Assembly (NCBI RefSeq): GCF_964355755.1
Contig: NC_092673.1
Span: 9,176,001-9,240,000, forward strand
Origin: Antedon mediterranea
Taxonomy: Eukaryota; Animalia; Echinodermata
Direction of reading: 5' to 3'
DNA: 64,000 bases
The position numbers were made by a program, and so were the translations under genes. Within the stretch, counting starts at the first letter, position 1. Each line of letters starts with the position of its first letter. Shown here piece by piece: positions 24,111 to 37,548 of this stretch. The notes under the pieces were generated by a model that was given only the letters and a program-made list of their open reading frames with translations, had not been told where the DNA came from and did not search any database.

Positions 24111-25375
24111 ATGTATTGCTCTATTTTCAACTTATGAAATATTATTTGTACACTACGTACAGAACATTAAATTAAGCTACCCAGTGTAAAATTTCATGTG
24201 ATGAATTCCAAAATTTAAATACACTTTTTAAATAAATCATAAAAAATATTTGAATTTTTTTATTGTTTCTTTTGTCCATCTGGATATTATTTCTTCAAAA
24301 TAACTAACCATTTTGGCAAAATTAAGCCTAATGCAGGTAAAATTAGCCATCTCTTGTATGTTAAAAACAGTGAAAGGTAGATTTTTCTAAGCACACGTGA
24401 CGTCACAGCAATTTACGGCAAAAGCGCGCGGCGATATCATAAATCTCGCAATTGTTCTGAAATCATATGTACATCTCTAATACGTTGTCAAAATATGGTT
24501 CTCTGAAAATTTGTCCTTTAAATATTCCATTATATACTACCAATTCCATTGTACATTGGTGCTAATCTTTATCTGACAATAAGTATGATATCAAGCTCCT
24601 ACATTGTACTAAAATATTAATTAGCAATATTCTAAGAATATGCAATCAATTCTTAACATGTATGGGGGTCAATATTGCTCTGTAAATGCAATGAATAGTC
24701 CAATTAAAAGTTTAGTAATATCACATACAGATTGGCATGCCTCTGGTATTTACGTCAGCCAATATGCAATTGCCTTGGGTAATATGCCACCGCCAACTTG
24801 ACTTTATGCTAAATTATTCATGAAATTACACTATACATATACGTTGAATAACGATAAAATCATCAAATGTTCTATTATGTTCCCCAGTAATGAAAAATGT
24901 AGGCCAAACAATTAATCCAATCAGTGGCTCCCAATCGAAGTGTGCTGTTTGTGGGGACAATGTAGGTAAACAAACAAACATCACAAAAATAAATAAACAA
25001 ATGCAAGTTGTATTATGATATGAAATGATGTAACAATGATGCTGCTGTCAATGCATAACAAGATTAATAAAGTTGATTTTTTTTTTAACATTGAATATTG
25101 ACGTGATTTAAATACTGGATTTCATTTCATGGGTTCATGTATTATTACAAATAATGTTTATGAGTGCGATGGTACAAATTAACGAGGTGAAAGACGAAAT
25201 TGTATTTTCAAGATTCGAAGCTCGAGTGAAAACAAAATTCCATATTCACCGAATCTATTTAGGTGTTAATAATATGTATTATTGTTTATATGATTAAATT
25301 AAACACTGGGCATAAACATCGCAGTTTAAAACTCTAGAAATGCACTAAGAACACACCACACAAGGTGAAAGTAAC

Positions 25376-26757
25376 CATGGATTAAGGAATAGAAGAATGT
25401 GCATCAACGGTGATATCAAATGATTTTCCAACTAGTTTGCCTATACTAAAGCCATGCTGCCAATCAAACAATTTGAACTCTGTGTCTCTAACCGCGGCGC
25501 TCTATAGGACGCTGCGAATCAACTGTTACATTTTTTTAGAACAAAACGTAGCCATGTAGAAATAGTATGCGCAGTCTGATTTTTCTATTGACATGTCTGT
25601 GCTGAAAGATATTGATGAGCAATTTGTTTTAATTTCATCACAATTAGACTAAGAAAAGTTCACTTTCTTACGACCAAAATTTTAAGTAGTTGATAATATT
25701 AATAAAATATGCAATTTTTATATTTGAAGTATCATATTGTTCTGCAACCTCCTGAAATTAAAAATTGCATTAAAATTAATATTAAATTATGCATTTGACC
25801 ATGTATGTTGTTACCGTCTGCTGTGGTATACAGTACAACAAACATGTTTTTAATATATGGCTAAGCTGTAGTTTCTTCATGAATCTCCTTAATTATGTGA
25901 TTATATTTAAGTTGTAGTGCCTGGTGATTGGCTAGTAGTTACGTCATCCACATCACAGCCATTCACCGGTCCTAATCAAAAAAAAACTGCGAGATTGGCT
26001 GGCTAGTTGCTACTACTCTAGCGCTCGTTTTGAAAAGTAGACGCAAGGCAAACCATAAACAAACGAAGCATGGATTAATGAATAAAAGTACCTTGTCCAT
26101 TATTATTATTATTATTATTATTTCCACAAGAAGTAGACAAAGGTGAGTATATACAGTAGATCATGATTACACGTTGTAGCTACTACACTTAAGATAGCCT
26201 ACCAATAGGCCTACCTATATCAATTTCGGCTAATCATATAGGGTTTACTAGGCCTAGTATCCTTGCTGATTTTGTAATATTGCATGTAGGCAACTAGTTG
26301 TTGTCTAAGATATGGGGCTACTACAGGTTATAAAATGCTACTTTAAGGTCATAAAAACATTCACGTAGATCAATCACGCCAGATTACAAACATTTTGGAA
26401 AAATGAATGTTTTTTTAAACCCAAACTACAATTTACAAACAATTTGTATTTAATCTTGTAATTACATTATTAATAAACTTTTCTGGGAGATCGTTTAATT
26501 CGAATTCAGAAAAGTTATAATTAAATTTGTTCCATAAAGTTTTGTTCGTCGCCATAGCAGCTAGCGCTAAAAATATGAAAAAATAATCATGCCATCATGA
26601 GTGCATAGCCAACAAGGTTTAGGTTGTTGCTCATGTGTAGTTAACAATATATTAGGCATACAACCGTTTCATTGGTAAATTAAACTGTGTTTATTTTGTA
26701 ACATTGTGGAAGCTTTGATCTCAAACTGATGCATATCCTTCTATTCCTTAATCCATG
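25376..26757. mobile_element. P-element-like non-autonomous DNA transposon
   Basis: TIR CATGGATTAAGGAATAGAAG.AT.TGCATCA and inverse; flanks AAGTAAC/AAGGAAC (7 bp, 1 mismatch); an additional TIR-like CATGGATTAATGAATA at 26069. Confidence 0.7.
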
Positions 26758-27588
26758 AAGGAACCGACTCTAAACGGCAAATTTCTTGAAGGTCAGAAGA
26801 AGGTCATCCTCGTTTGAAAATTTATTTATTTAGTGACATATATACAGGCACAGAAAAAATGTCAACCTCCCAGTGATATATGGAAAATTAATTAATTTAG
26901 AAGAGATAAAGATGAGGAATGAGAAATGCTTGATATGCAGATAACCTAACCATTATTTTTCAACTACAAACAAATTAAAGGGGTTTGTATTAGCTTTTTT
27001 ATTACAGAACTCTGTATCTTGTAAACGAGGTCATTTCTTGTCTGAAATGTGCATTCTAAGGTTAATTATGATAAAAAGAGAAAAACAATGTATGTACTAC
27101 CTAAGTAGCTCGCATCAAATGTTCTCTCGTAGATGTTTCTAGGCCTATCTTAGTTAGGCTTAGTTTTGTAGGCCTAGCTGGTAAAGAGCGGTAACGTACA
27201 AAGATTGTACACTAGCTATAGGCCTAGCCTGATGTTATCTCGTTGCTGAATTAATTGTCTTTCCTTTTTTGGCATAATCTGTTAATACAAATTGGGGAAG
27301 ACCTGGTATTTTCACTGAAAAGTTACGGTTCATTTATATGTTTCACAATATGAAACATCAATCTGCGCACAATGCATGGCCGCTTAAATAATTAAAATCA
27401 ACTCATTAGTCCAAAAAACGTAGGTCTAGTGTCTTTAATGAAATGGTAGAGTGTTATATTTTGCATGCCAGAAGCATAGTAAAACAATATGTGCAGTGTG
27501 ATTCCTAAAAAGTGAGAATATTATAATAGATTGATAATGATAAAATAATAATTTTTTTTGTTACGGTAAAACATTTATTTTAATTTAC

Positions 27589-28332
27589 TGCCATGGATCA
27601 GTTGTTGTTTGTGTGAGTTCTGCGTATTTGCATGTAAGTGTCTTGCTGCTAGTTGTTTTGCGAGCATTGTGTTCGGTGCATTTGCATATAGGTGATGTTT
27701 TGGTTAACTACCTGGTTTTTCTGTCTGCGCGTCAGAAAAGCTTTTGTTGCAAACACAGGAAGATGTGATTTTCGTTACCGTGTTGTATATATATTATTAA
27801 GCCGTTGTTGAAGTTACCATTGTAAGTAGTAAAAAGAATTATATTACACGATAGACGGATCATTGCCTGTTAATTTATTATATGAAAATGCATCAAATCT
27901 TTACTTCAATTTATATAGAAATGGTTGATTGCTGTACGATCTTTCGTTCTTAGTTAGTAAATACATCATTCAACTTGATTCAGGTATTAATCATTTGTAA
28001 TGACGTTTAATTGATTGTATTGTTCTTAATGATAACCAGTTTGTACACAGTGTGTTTAAGTATAGTGGTAATACAGTGGTAAAGTGAAGTTATAAACTGA
28101 TTGTTATTGAAATTATGTAACGCTTGTTTGTATTTGCAGGGCTTTTTCCTTTGTTCACTTTATTTTCTGAGTAACGTTGATTCGTACACAATAAATGGTA
28201 TGGTAACGGCAATCAACAACTTGTTGTCTTTCTGTTGGTCTTGATATTGCATTCATTTGAGCCAAGCCTCGCACGCTTGATACCCGGGGAAAAAACTTCC
28301 AAATTAATCCGGGCATGGTCTCACGTACGACA
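27589..28332 (+). mobile_element. Solo LTR (TG...CA, 4-bp TSD TTAC)
   Basis: Starts TGCCATG, ends CGTACGACA; TTAC at 27585-27588 and 28333-28336; empty site AATTTACTCTAG at ~29113-29124; AATAAA at ~28189. Confidence 0.8.
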
Positions 28333-28707
28333 TTACTCTAGTGTTCATAATCTTTTCACATCCTATAAAGCAATTGATACACAATAATAGCTAAAAATCA
28401 GCTAGTTTAAAGAACATTACTCCATTGTATTGTATGAACTAATAAAGTAGAGGGGGCTAAGTGTGTTACTTCAAACAACACAAGGAATTTTGTTCAACCA
28501 TTTACATAATAATAGTGAAAAACCTGGATAGTCATTGAACCAAATTACTTAATACTAATACTAATACTAATACTGGTTGAAAACATGTTTATTGACAATT
28601 TGAGAATAAAATAAGATTAAATTGATTTGCTGCCCACTATAATTTTCATAAACACCTCTTTGGGACACCCCTAATAAGATAAAGAGGAAACATTTCATAG
28701 AGAGATA

Positions 28708-28914
28708 TCCGGACAACTACCGCCTGGACAATTACCACCCGGACGACTACCACCCGGACAATGACCTCCCTAGGACAACTACCACCCGGACAATTACCCC
28801 CTAGGACAACTACCCTCTAGGACAACTACCCTCTAGGACAACTACCCCCTTAGGAAAACTCCCACCCGGACAACTACCCCCTAGGACAACTACCCTCTAG
28901 GACAACTACCCCCT
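28708..28914. repeat. Minisatellite GGACAACTACCCCCTA-type, short array
   Basis: Tandem units with a variable C-run. Confidence 0.9.
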
Positions 28915-29483
28915 TATTAGTCCGAAAAACGTAGGTCTAGTGTCTTTAATGAAATGGTAGAGTGTTATATTTTAAATGGTAGAGTGTTATATTTTGCATG
29001 CCAGATAAGCATAGTAAAACAATATGTGCAGTGTGATTCCTAAAAAGTGAGAATATTATAATAGATTGATAATGATAAAATAATAATTTTTTTTGTTACG
29101 GTAAAACATTTTAATTTACTCTAGTGTTCATATCTTTTCACATCTTATAAAGCAATTGTAATAGCTAAAAATCAGCTAGTTTAAAGAATATTACTCCATT
29201 GTATTGTATGAACTAAGAAAGTAGAGGGGGCTAAGTGTGTTATTTCAAACAACACAAGGAATTTTTTCAATCATTTACATAATAATAGTGAAAAACCTGG
29301 ATAGTCATTGAACCAAAATACTTTGTAGGCCTATCAATGTTAATACTGGTTGAAAACATGTTTATTGACAATTTGAGAATAAAATAAGATTAAATTGATT
29401 TGCTGCCCACTATAAACACCTCTTTAGGACACCCCTAATAAGATAAAGGGGAAACATTTCATAGAGAGATATTATAGAGCGTA

Positions 29484-29996
29484 TCCGGACAACTACCCCC
29501 TGGACAATTACCACCCGGACAACTAACTACCCTCTAGGACAACTACCCTCTAGGACAACTACCCCCTTAGGACAACTACCCCCTTAGGAAAACTCCCACC
29601 CGGACAACTACCCCCTAGGACAACTACCCCCTAGGACAACTACCCCCTAGGACAACTACCCCTAGGACAACTACCCCCTTAGGAAAACTCCCACCCGGAC
29701 AACTACCCCCTAGGACAACTACCCCCCTAGGACAACTACCCCCCTAGGACAACTACCCCCCTAGGACAACTACCCCCCTAGGACAACTACCCCCCTAGGA
29801 CAACTACCCCCCTAGGACAACTACCCCCCTAGGACAACTACCCTCTAGGACAACTACCCTCTAGGACAACTACCCTCTAGGACAACTACCCCCTAGGACA
29901 ACTACCCTACTAGGACAACTACCCTCCTAGGACAACTACCCCCTAGGACAACTACCCTCCTAGGACAACTACCCTCCTAGGACAACTACCCCTTAG
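29484..29996. repeat. Minisatellite GGACAACTACCCC(C)CTA-type, expanded array
   Basis: Same unit as 28708-28914, about 2.5 times longer, with blocks of identical variants. Confidence 0.95.
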
Positions 29997-32282
29997 GTTA
30001 TAATTAAGATCTTGTAAAACTTACTGAACTTCAAAACATAGGGAGAGTGATTGATCTTATATTTTGCCTGAGGGAAATATATATTCTCAAGAGCAAAATA
30101 TCATTCCCGAGGGAATGTCAAATTTTATATTTTACCGATATAAAAGGTGATATCTGTTATGTTAAAACGCCAACAACCAGTAGAATATCTGCTTGGTCAG
30201 GTAGCTAGGCCTCCTTATTTAAATAAGCCTGCCGAGTTAGGCATCCATAATATACAGATAATTACTAAATAATGTTCCTTGGTAATAAAATATTCACTTA
30301 GGCGTAGGCCTTGTAAATTAACAGAAGAATTTCTATCAATAATTCTACACTAATAATAAAACTAATAAGTACTAGTAGGCCGAATAATTACTAAAAATAA
30401 TTTGTCTTTGAGCCGAATTATCGGATGTTTAGTGCGCGCACATACCAGGTTAGTTACGCCCGTGAGTATTGACCAATCACAAACTGTCTTTTGTCGCATC
30501 TATAGAGGGTGAATATCAAAATAAGGGCACTATGTATGCATAGATTAAATAGTTTAGTTGAATTATTCCTTCAAGCGAATTGAGTCGTTGTCTCATGATG
30601 ATGTGGGCTAATCTTTGCGAGTCCCAGTTGATGAATTTTATTCATTTATTACCAAACGAGAGTTGCCACAAGCAAATTACACAGTCAATATCAAACTTCT
30701 TGAGAATTTGCTGGATCATACAACAAGGTTATATTAATATTTCTGTGATTTTTTAAAAAACTTGTATTGTATAGTCCTTAAAATGAACAGCTGCTATGTT
30801 GAAATGTATGTAAATAAATAACCTTCCCTTTTTAGAAGCGGATGAACACTATTCAACAGTGAAAGGAAATTCTCAAACAACAGTTAAAATAACACATAAT
30901 ACATACACATAGTATTGCTCATATTTAAATCAAGTATTTATTCAAATTACCTTTTCCAGAGATCATACAAAATAAATATGTAAAAAATGTAAAATATATG
31001 TTTATATTCTCATTTGTGCAATTATAGATTATTATATAAAACAACCAATCAGTCCTCAGACCTAACTTACAAATTGAAATGTCTGTATAATTAGTAGAAA
31101 TCATAATGTAACATAGTCCAGTTATACCATAACTTTGATAATAGAATATTATATCAACCATGGACACTAAATTGATTATTAGAGCAATGACCTGCTTAAT
31201 ATATGCACTGACTTTTAATCAATCAATATTAGGTATAATGTTTCTTCATTGTAAATTCTGGTCATTTCAATATACATCTTTGGGTTAATAATTTCATATC
31301 TGGGTTACTTGTTGGAGCAAAGCTTTGAATTGATCGAATATTATATTTTATATATTTTTTCTAAATAAGCCAAACATCTGATTTGGTTATTAGCCATGAT
31401 ATATCTTGGGATATAATATCTCTAAATCACCTTTGGCTATATTTTGAATTGTGCCCTTCATCCAAGTCAATATTTGCAATATTAGCCCAGATGTATTTAT
31501 ACTAATTTGTACTTCAAAGAAATTAAAAACACAAAATCGCAAAAGAATCATCATTGTAGACCAAAACATATCATATGGTATTCTATGGGGTATATTTGTG
31601 GTCATAAAAAATAAAGCTCTTGATAAAAATATCATTAAATAGAGTATTTCTGTCAATCGTTCACAGATATTATTTGTTATTATTATAGATTCTTCTCTAC
31701 AACGTTTCTTGTTTGATTGATCAATCAGTAAAAAAAAAACCCCTAAAAATAATTACTTTTCATATACAGACAATTTTGATAAACCATTACCAAAGAATAT
31801 ATATCACAAGAATGAGTAATCCGCGATTTTCCCTGTAACAGTAATATTGTCCATGTGGTAGGGTGCTGCCATAAGTGAGGATGTATCTGGGAAGTATACA
31901 ACTTTTTGTGACGGTTACCGTATATTTCGGTAACCATCTCATAATAAGGACAACAGCCTCATAATGAACAAATCTTTTCATCATATTTAGTATAACATCA
32001 CGCTAAAATGCCTTGAAAACTAGACGCACCCTTAAATTAGATGTCAAATTTGCGTGTCAAAAGTGCGACTTATACACCGAAATATACGATACACTAGCCT
32101 ACTTTTTCTGCCAGTAAAACAGAGGGACTGGTAAAACACACGCAACTAACAATATAACATTTATTATATATATTAATCCAAAGGCAAATTACTGAAAAAA
32201 TGACAATGCTGTGGGTATCAGTGGCTGGATCTCAATGGAGAAACAAAAAAAAAGCGAAAAGCTAAAACAGCCAGAAAAGTTA

Positions 32283-32320
32283 GCAGAGCTTTTGGGCAAC
32301 ACTAGCCCTTCATCAGTGCA
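32283..32320 (-). ncRNA. Minimal type I hammerhead ribozyme motif (Penelope/retrozyme-type), core probably mutated
   Basis: Minus strand UGCA-CUGAUGA-A-GGGC-UAGUGUU-GCCC-AAAAGCUC-UGC: core, stem II, palindromic AGCU stem III and GCA/UGC stem I; GAAA appears as AAAA. Confidence 0.7.
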
Positions 32321-32424
32321 AGGTAAGGAATTTGGATAACGTCATAGTATAAAAACTGGCAAGTGCTGCCACTTTTATCGAAAAGATCATGCATTGACAA
32401 AATTTATTATATATATTTATATAC

Positions 32425-34665
32425 TCAACAGAAAGTTCTGCTGGCACTGTTTGATTTTTCTAGTGCATGTGATACGGTTGACCACGGCATACTTTTGACC
32501 AGTCTATCATCCCTGTCCAGGGTTAGTGGCACAGTTTTAAATTCGTTTAGATTGTACTTACAGGGCCGTAGCCAGGATCTGTCAAGGGGGGGTTCGCACA
32601 CTAAGTATTTGGGTCACCCCCCCCCCCCCCCATACCCCCCCCCCCCCCCCCTGGGGTGGGGCCTGAGACGAAGAAAATTTTGTTAAATGACACCCCTAGA
32701 TGGTCGGAAAAGACACTCCCATGCAGCATTCTACCAATGAGCAAAACGATCGTACTTGGACTCGTGGACTATTTAAACGATAACATTTGTTGCCGTATAT
32801 TAGATGCGCGTGCTCTGTGCGGAACCGCCGATTGTTTGATCATTTACTCGATATTTTGTTTTGCGTTCAAGTTCAATGCGAACGTACGTTTAGGAGAAGC
32901 CCCGAAAAAAGCACACTGGGTGAAGGCAAATGCAATTCTTATTATAGCTCTATCTATAATATTTATTTACAGCAATTTGTTGAGGAAATTAAATATGCCA
33001 ATGTAAATAGGTGATATTGATACATTTGAGTACGTATCGGCGAAGCAAATTTTGTTAAATGACACCCCTAGATGGCCGGAAAAGACACTCTCATGCAGCA
33101 TGCTACCAATGAGCAAAACGATCGTACTTGGACTCGTGGACTATTTAAACGATAACATTTGTTGCCGTATGTTAGATGCGCGTGCTCTGTGCGGAACCGC
33201 CGATTGTTAGATCATTTACTCGATATTTTGTTTTACGTTCAAGTTCAATGCGAACGTACGTCTAGGAGAAGCCCCGAAAAAAGCACACTGGGTGAAGGAA
33301 AATGCAATTCTTATTATAGCTCTATCTATAATATTTATTTACAGCAATTTGTTGAGGAAATTAAATATGCCAATGTAAATAGGTGATATTGATACATTTG
33401 AGTACGTATCGGCTGGTGGTCTAGAAAAAAATAATCGGATGCCATAATGTGAACTACAGTACATGATACCATAGATATTATAGTGTAAAATATTAATATT
33501 CACTATAATCCTCTATGATACATTATACTTCATAGCCACACATAAATACTGATGTATGTCGGAAGGCTATATACTTTATGCATGCTGCCTGACTGCCAGT
33601 GATCTAAACAATTGGTACGCAGTTGTCTGGCGGTGTCCTTTGTACGAATCGTTCGTCCCCCAGCTCGCTGTGAGACGCGTCAATATCATGTTGAATGCAG
33701 GGACCAAACATTTATTTTTCAGGTTAAAATCGGCAATTCATTTGCAACTCTTAGAAATTTACAGACTATATCGCTCGAAGTACGCTCATACAGGGAAGAA
33801 GGTACTGTATGAGTTATTCCGAACGAGTTTACGAATTTTTTAATTTACGAACAACTTTTTGTACTGTGGGGCACGTATTTGGACGATTTTCGGAGATGAG
33901 GGTGAGGTATTGGGCATGTCGGGGATGGGGGTTCGCAGTCGGTTAAGGGGGGTTCGCTGTAAAGGGGGGGATTCGCCCGAACCATAAAACCCCCCCCTGG
34001 CTACGGGCCTGACTTATGTGATCGTCAGTTCTCCGTAACTATTTTTATTCAGGATATATCATCTCAGTAGGCAGGTAGGTGTGTTCCCCAAGGTTCTGTA
34101 CTTGGACTTTTATTGAAAAGATCATGCATTGACAAAATTTGTGAATGAGAATCTTCAAACTATCTGGCTTTGAACGAATCCCAAACTGATTTTATTCATT
34201 TTCAATCCAAGTTTTCCAAATCTCCTCCAATCAAAAAAATGTCTATTGGCAATTGTTCCAAGATGGTGAAGTCTGAGGTTAAGAGCTTGGGAGTCACATT
34301 AGACTAGTATATGGTTTAAAATCACAACAAGTTTGTAAGGTATGTTGTGCAGCTCAAGCAGGATTGGTAGTATTTTACATCTTGACAAAACAAAAGCACT
34401 GAGAGACTACTACATGCCTGCATTTAACATCAAGGTTGGATTCCTGCAATTTCATCTTATATGGGCTACCAAAATCTGAAATCACTAAACTACCACTGAT
34501 TCAGAATGCTGCTGCACAAATTGTCACTAGGTAGGATCAAAGCACTGGCTTCCTATCCAAAAACAGAATTAATTTCAAGATTATGTTGACTACGTACAAG
34601 AGTTTGACCTCAACTTTGCCATACTACATTGATGACCTTATCACACAATATTGTCTTCCTAGATA
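32425..34665 (+). mobile_element. Decayed L2-clade LINE reverse transcriptase fragment, interrupted
   Basis: LFDFSSACDTVDHGILL...GTVLNSFRLYL|CDRQFSV...(G)VPQGSVLG...CIDKI...YLALN...VKSLGVTLD...IQNAAAQIVTR, with stops and frameshifts; YADD region deleted. Confidence 0.85.
32561..34011. mobile_element. 1451-bp non-autonomous DNA transposon with 5-bp TSD (hAT5-like)
   Basis: TIR CAGGGCCGTAGCCAGG / CCTGGCTACGGGCCTG; ACTTA on both sides; removing it restores the L2 reading frame; internal 372-bp tandem duplication (~32678-33040, ~33050-33412). Confidence 0.85.
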
Positions 34666-36039
34666 ATTAATCTATGCAAAATAAACTTAATGTTTCAAAA
34701 CCGGCCACTGTTTTTAAGGGCCTGTTTCTGCTGCATAAAAGTGTATTTAATATGGAGTAAATTACGTTTTATAGTAATTTATTTGATATATCAACATGGT
34801 AAATATCAATAAAATATGTTATTAAATGTTTATAAAATATATAACGTTGTTTATTTAACGGAATTCGGACAAATTCATTGCTCTAAATTTGTGTAGTAAC
34901 GATCAGTACAGAGAGACCATGTGACTTCACAGCACACGTGAGAAAACATTCCGCTGTGAGTGATTCGCGTCCACCAATCAAATAGCCAGAATCCAAAATC
35001 ATTCAACTGTGAGCTCTGCCGATCGCTGCAAAGATCAGCTTTGATTGGCCTACGATGACATTATCACAAAATGATGGTTTTGTAGTTGAGCCTCAAGTAA
35101 TTTTCACAATTTTGTTTCAAAAATGAAATGAATGGACATTCTTTATGGTATGTGTGATTTTTCTAAAAGATTTGCATAATTAACAAAGGCTTCATATTGA
35201 GAAAAAAACGTTTTTTTGCCACTTATTTTATGAAAAAATAAGAAAAAAGCACATGGCATGTGGAACTATATTATCTTGGCGTAGGAAGACAAACAAATCC
35301 CAGGTCATGAAAGGCTTAACTACAAAACAAGGTAGAATCGGGTTAAGGTCACTGGTCCGTTCAAAGGTTTTGAGTAAACAATCTAGCGTGTATGGTCGTA
35401 CGCGCTAGATGATTTTTTACGATATTTTAACTACATTTTTTACATGTTTGGTTGGATGTAATAGAAATAAAAAATAGTTGATCTGATGGAATGATATGTA
35501 AATAAACGTTTACAGTTCAATTATTTTCATAAAAATACATAAAAATGTGTTTACCAATGGACAAATAATCACGTTAATGACAAAAAATAGTTTCAGTGGA
35601 AGGATTGTGCAAGTGTAGCCTAGAAATTGTAGGGTATGGTAGTTAATGCGGTGCCTCATCTGCTTGGCAGTCTACATTTCATATTTGACTTGGCCAAGAC
35701 TTAAGAAAAACTAGAACTACTATATTTCGCATAATTGTTATAATCTCGTATCTCATGGTAAAATAAACATTGACATCAAACACTAAACTATATCATAGTC
35801 TAGATTAAAGGATACTATTATTGTCACTACTATTGAAATATATTTATGAATGGTTGTAATATATTGTCATGTAAAATTAAATCTTTTTTAACAAAACTAA
35901 AATCTGCAATTTAACGACAAAATCAACCAATGTCTTTTATCCGAAATTGTACTCTATAATTTTTATTTAATTTAATTTATTGAACCATAGCCCATCCAGC
36001 AAATCTGATCATTTGGGCCCTCGACAATGCAATACATAC

Positions 36040-37548
36040 AGTACAGTACCCTCCAACATGTACAGTACCCTCCAACATGTACAATACCCTCCAACATGTA
36101 CAATACCCTCCAACATGTACAATACCCTCCCAACATGTACAATACCCTCCAACATGTACAATACCCTCCCAACATGTACAATACCCTCCAACATGTACAA
36201 TACCCTCCAACATGTACAATACCCTCCAACATGTACAATACCCTCCCAACATGTACAATACCCTCCAACATGTACAATACCCTCCAACATGTACAATACC
36301 CTCCAACATGTACAATACCCTCCAACATGTACAATACCCTCCAACATGTACAATACCCTCCAACATGTACAATACCCTCCAACATGTACAATACCCTCCC
36401 AACATGTACAATACCCTCCAACATGTACAATACCCTCCCAACATGTACAATACCCTCCCAACATGTACAATACCCTCCAACATGTACAATACCCTCCCAA
36501 CATGTACAATACCCTCCAACATGTACAATACCCTCCAACATGTACAATACCCTCCAACATGTACAATACCCTCCAACATGTACAATACCCTCCCAACATG
36601 TACAATACCCTCCAACATGTACAATACCCTCCAACATGTACAATACCCTCCAACATGTACAATACCCTCCAACATGTACAATACCCTCCAACATGTACAA
36701 TACCCTCCCAACATGTACAATACCCTCCAACATGTACAATACCCTCCAACATGTACAATACCCTCCAACATGTACAATACCCTCCCAACATGTACAATAC
36801 CCTCCAACATGTACAATACCCTCCAACATGTACAATACCCTCCCAACATGTACAATACCCTCCAACATGTACAATACCCTCCAACATGTACAATACCCTC
36901 CAACATGTACAATACCCTCCAACATGTACAATACCCTCCAACATGTACAATACCCTCCAACATGTACAATACCCTCCAACATGTACAATACCCTCCAACA
37001 TGTACAATACCCTCCAACATGTACAATACCCTCCAACATGTACAATACCCTCCAACATGTACAATACCCTCCAACATGTACAATACCCTCCAACATGTAC
37101 AATACCCTCCAACATGTACAATACCCTCCAACATGTACAATACCCTCCAACATGTACAATACCCTCCCAACATGTACAATACCCTCCAACATGTACAATA
37201 CCCTCCAACATGTACAATACCCTCCAACATGTACAATACCCTCCAACATGTACAATACCCTCCAACATGTACAATACCCTCCAACATGTACAATACCCTC
37301 CAACATGTACAATACCCTCCAACATGTACAATACCCTCCAACATGTACAATACCCTCCAACATGTACAATACCCTCCCAACATGTACAATACCCTCCCAA
37401 CATGTACAATACCCTCCAACATGTACAATACCCTCCAACATGTACAATACCCTCCAACATGTACAATACCCTCCAACATGTACAATACCCTCCAACATGT
37501 ACAATACCCTCCCAACATGTACAATACCCTCCCAACGTACAATACCCA
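36040..37548. repeat. Homogeneous 18/19-bp minisatellite ACAATACCCTC(C)CAACATGT, roughly 80 units
   Basis: Near-perfect tandem array varying almost only by one C; unit contains no stop codon on either strand. Confidence 0.97.

Larger units (their letters stand above)
27405..29996 (+). repeat. Tandem segmental duplication (27405-28915 and 28916-29996)
   Basis: ATTAGTCC.AAAAACGTAGGTCTAGTGTC starts both copies; collinear except for a 744-bp insert in copy 1 and different minisatellite lengths. Confidence 0.9.

Noticed and set aside
24862-24970. KCAVCGD, resembling a nuclear-receptor zinc finger start
   Set aside because: No continuation of the finger and no convincing splice acceptor; likely chance.
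32656-33386. Duplicated 75-aa ORFs as a small gene pair
   Set aside because: They are the 372-bp internal duplication of a MITE and show no recognisable protein motif.
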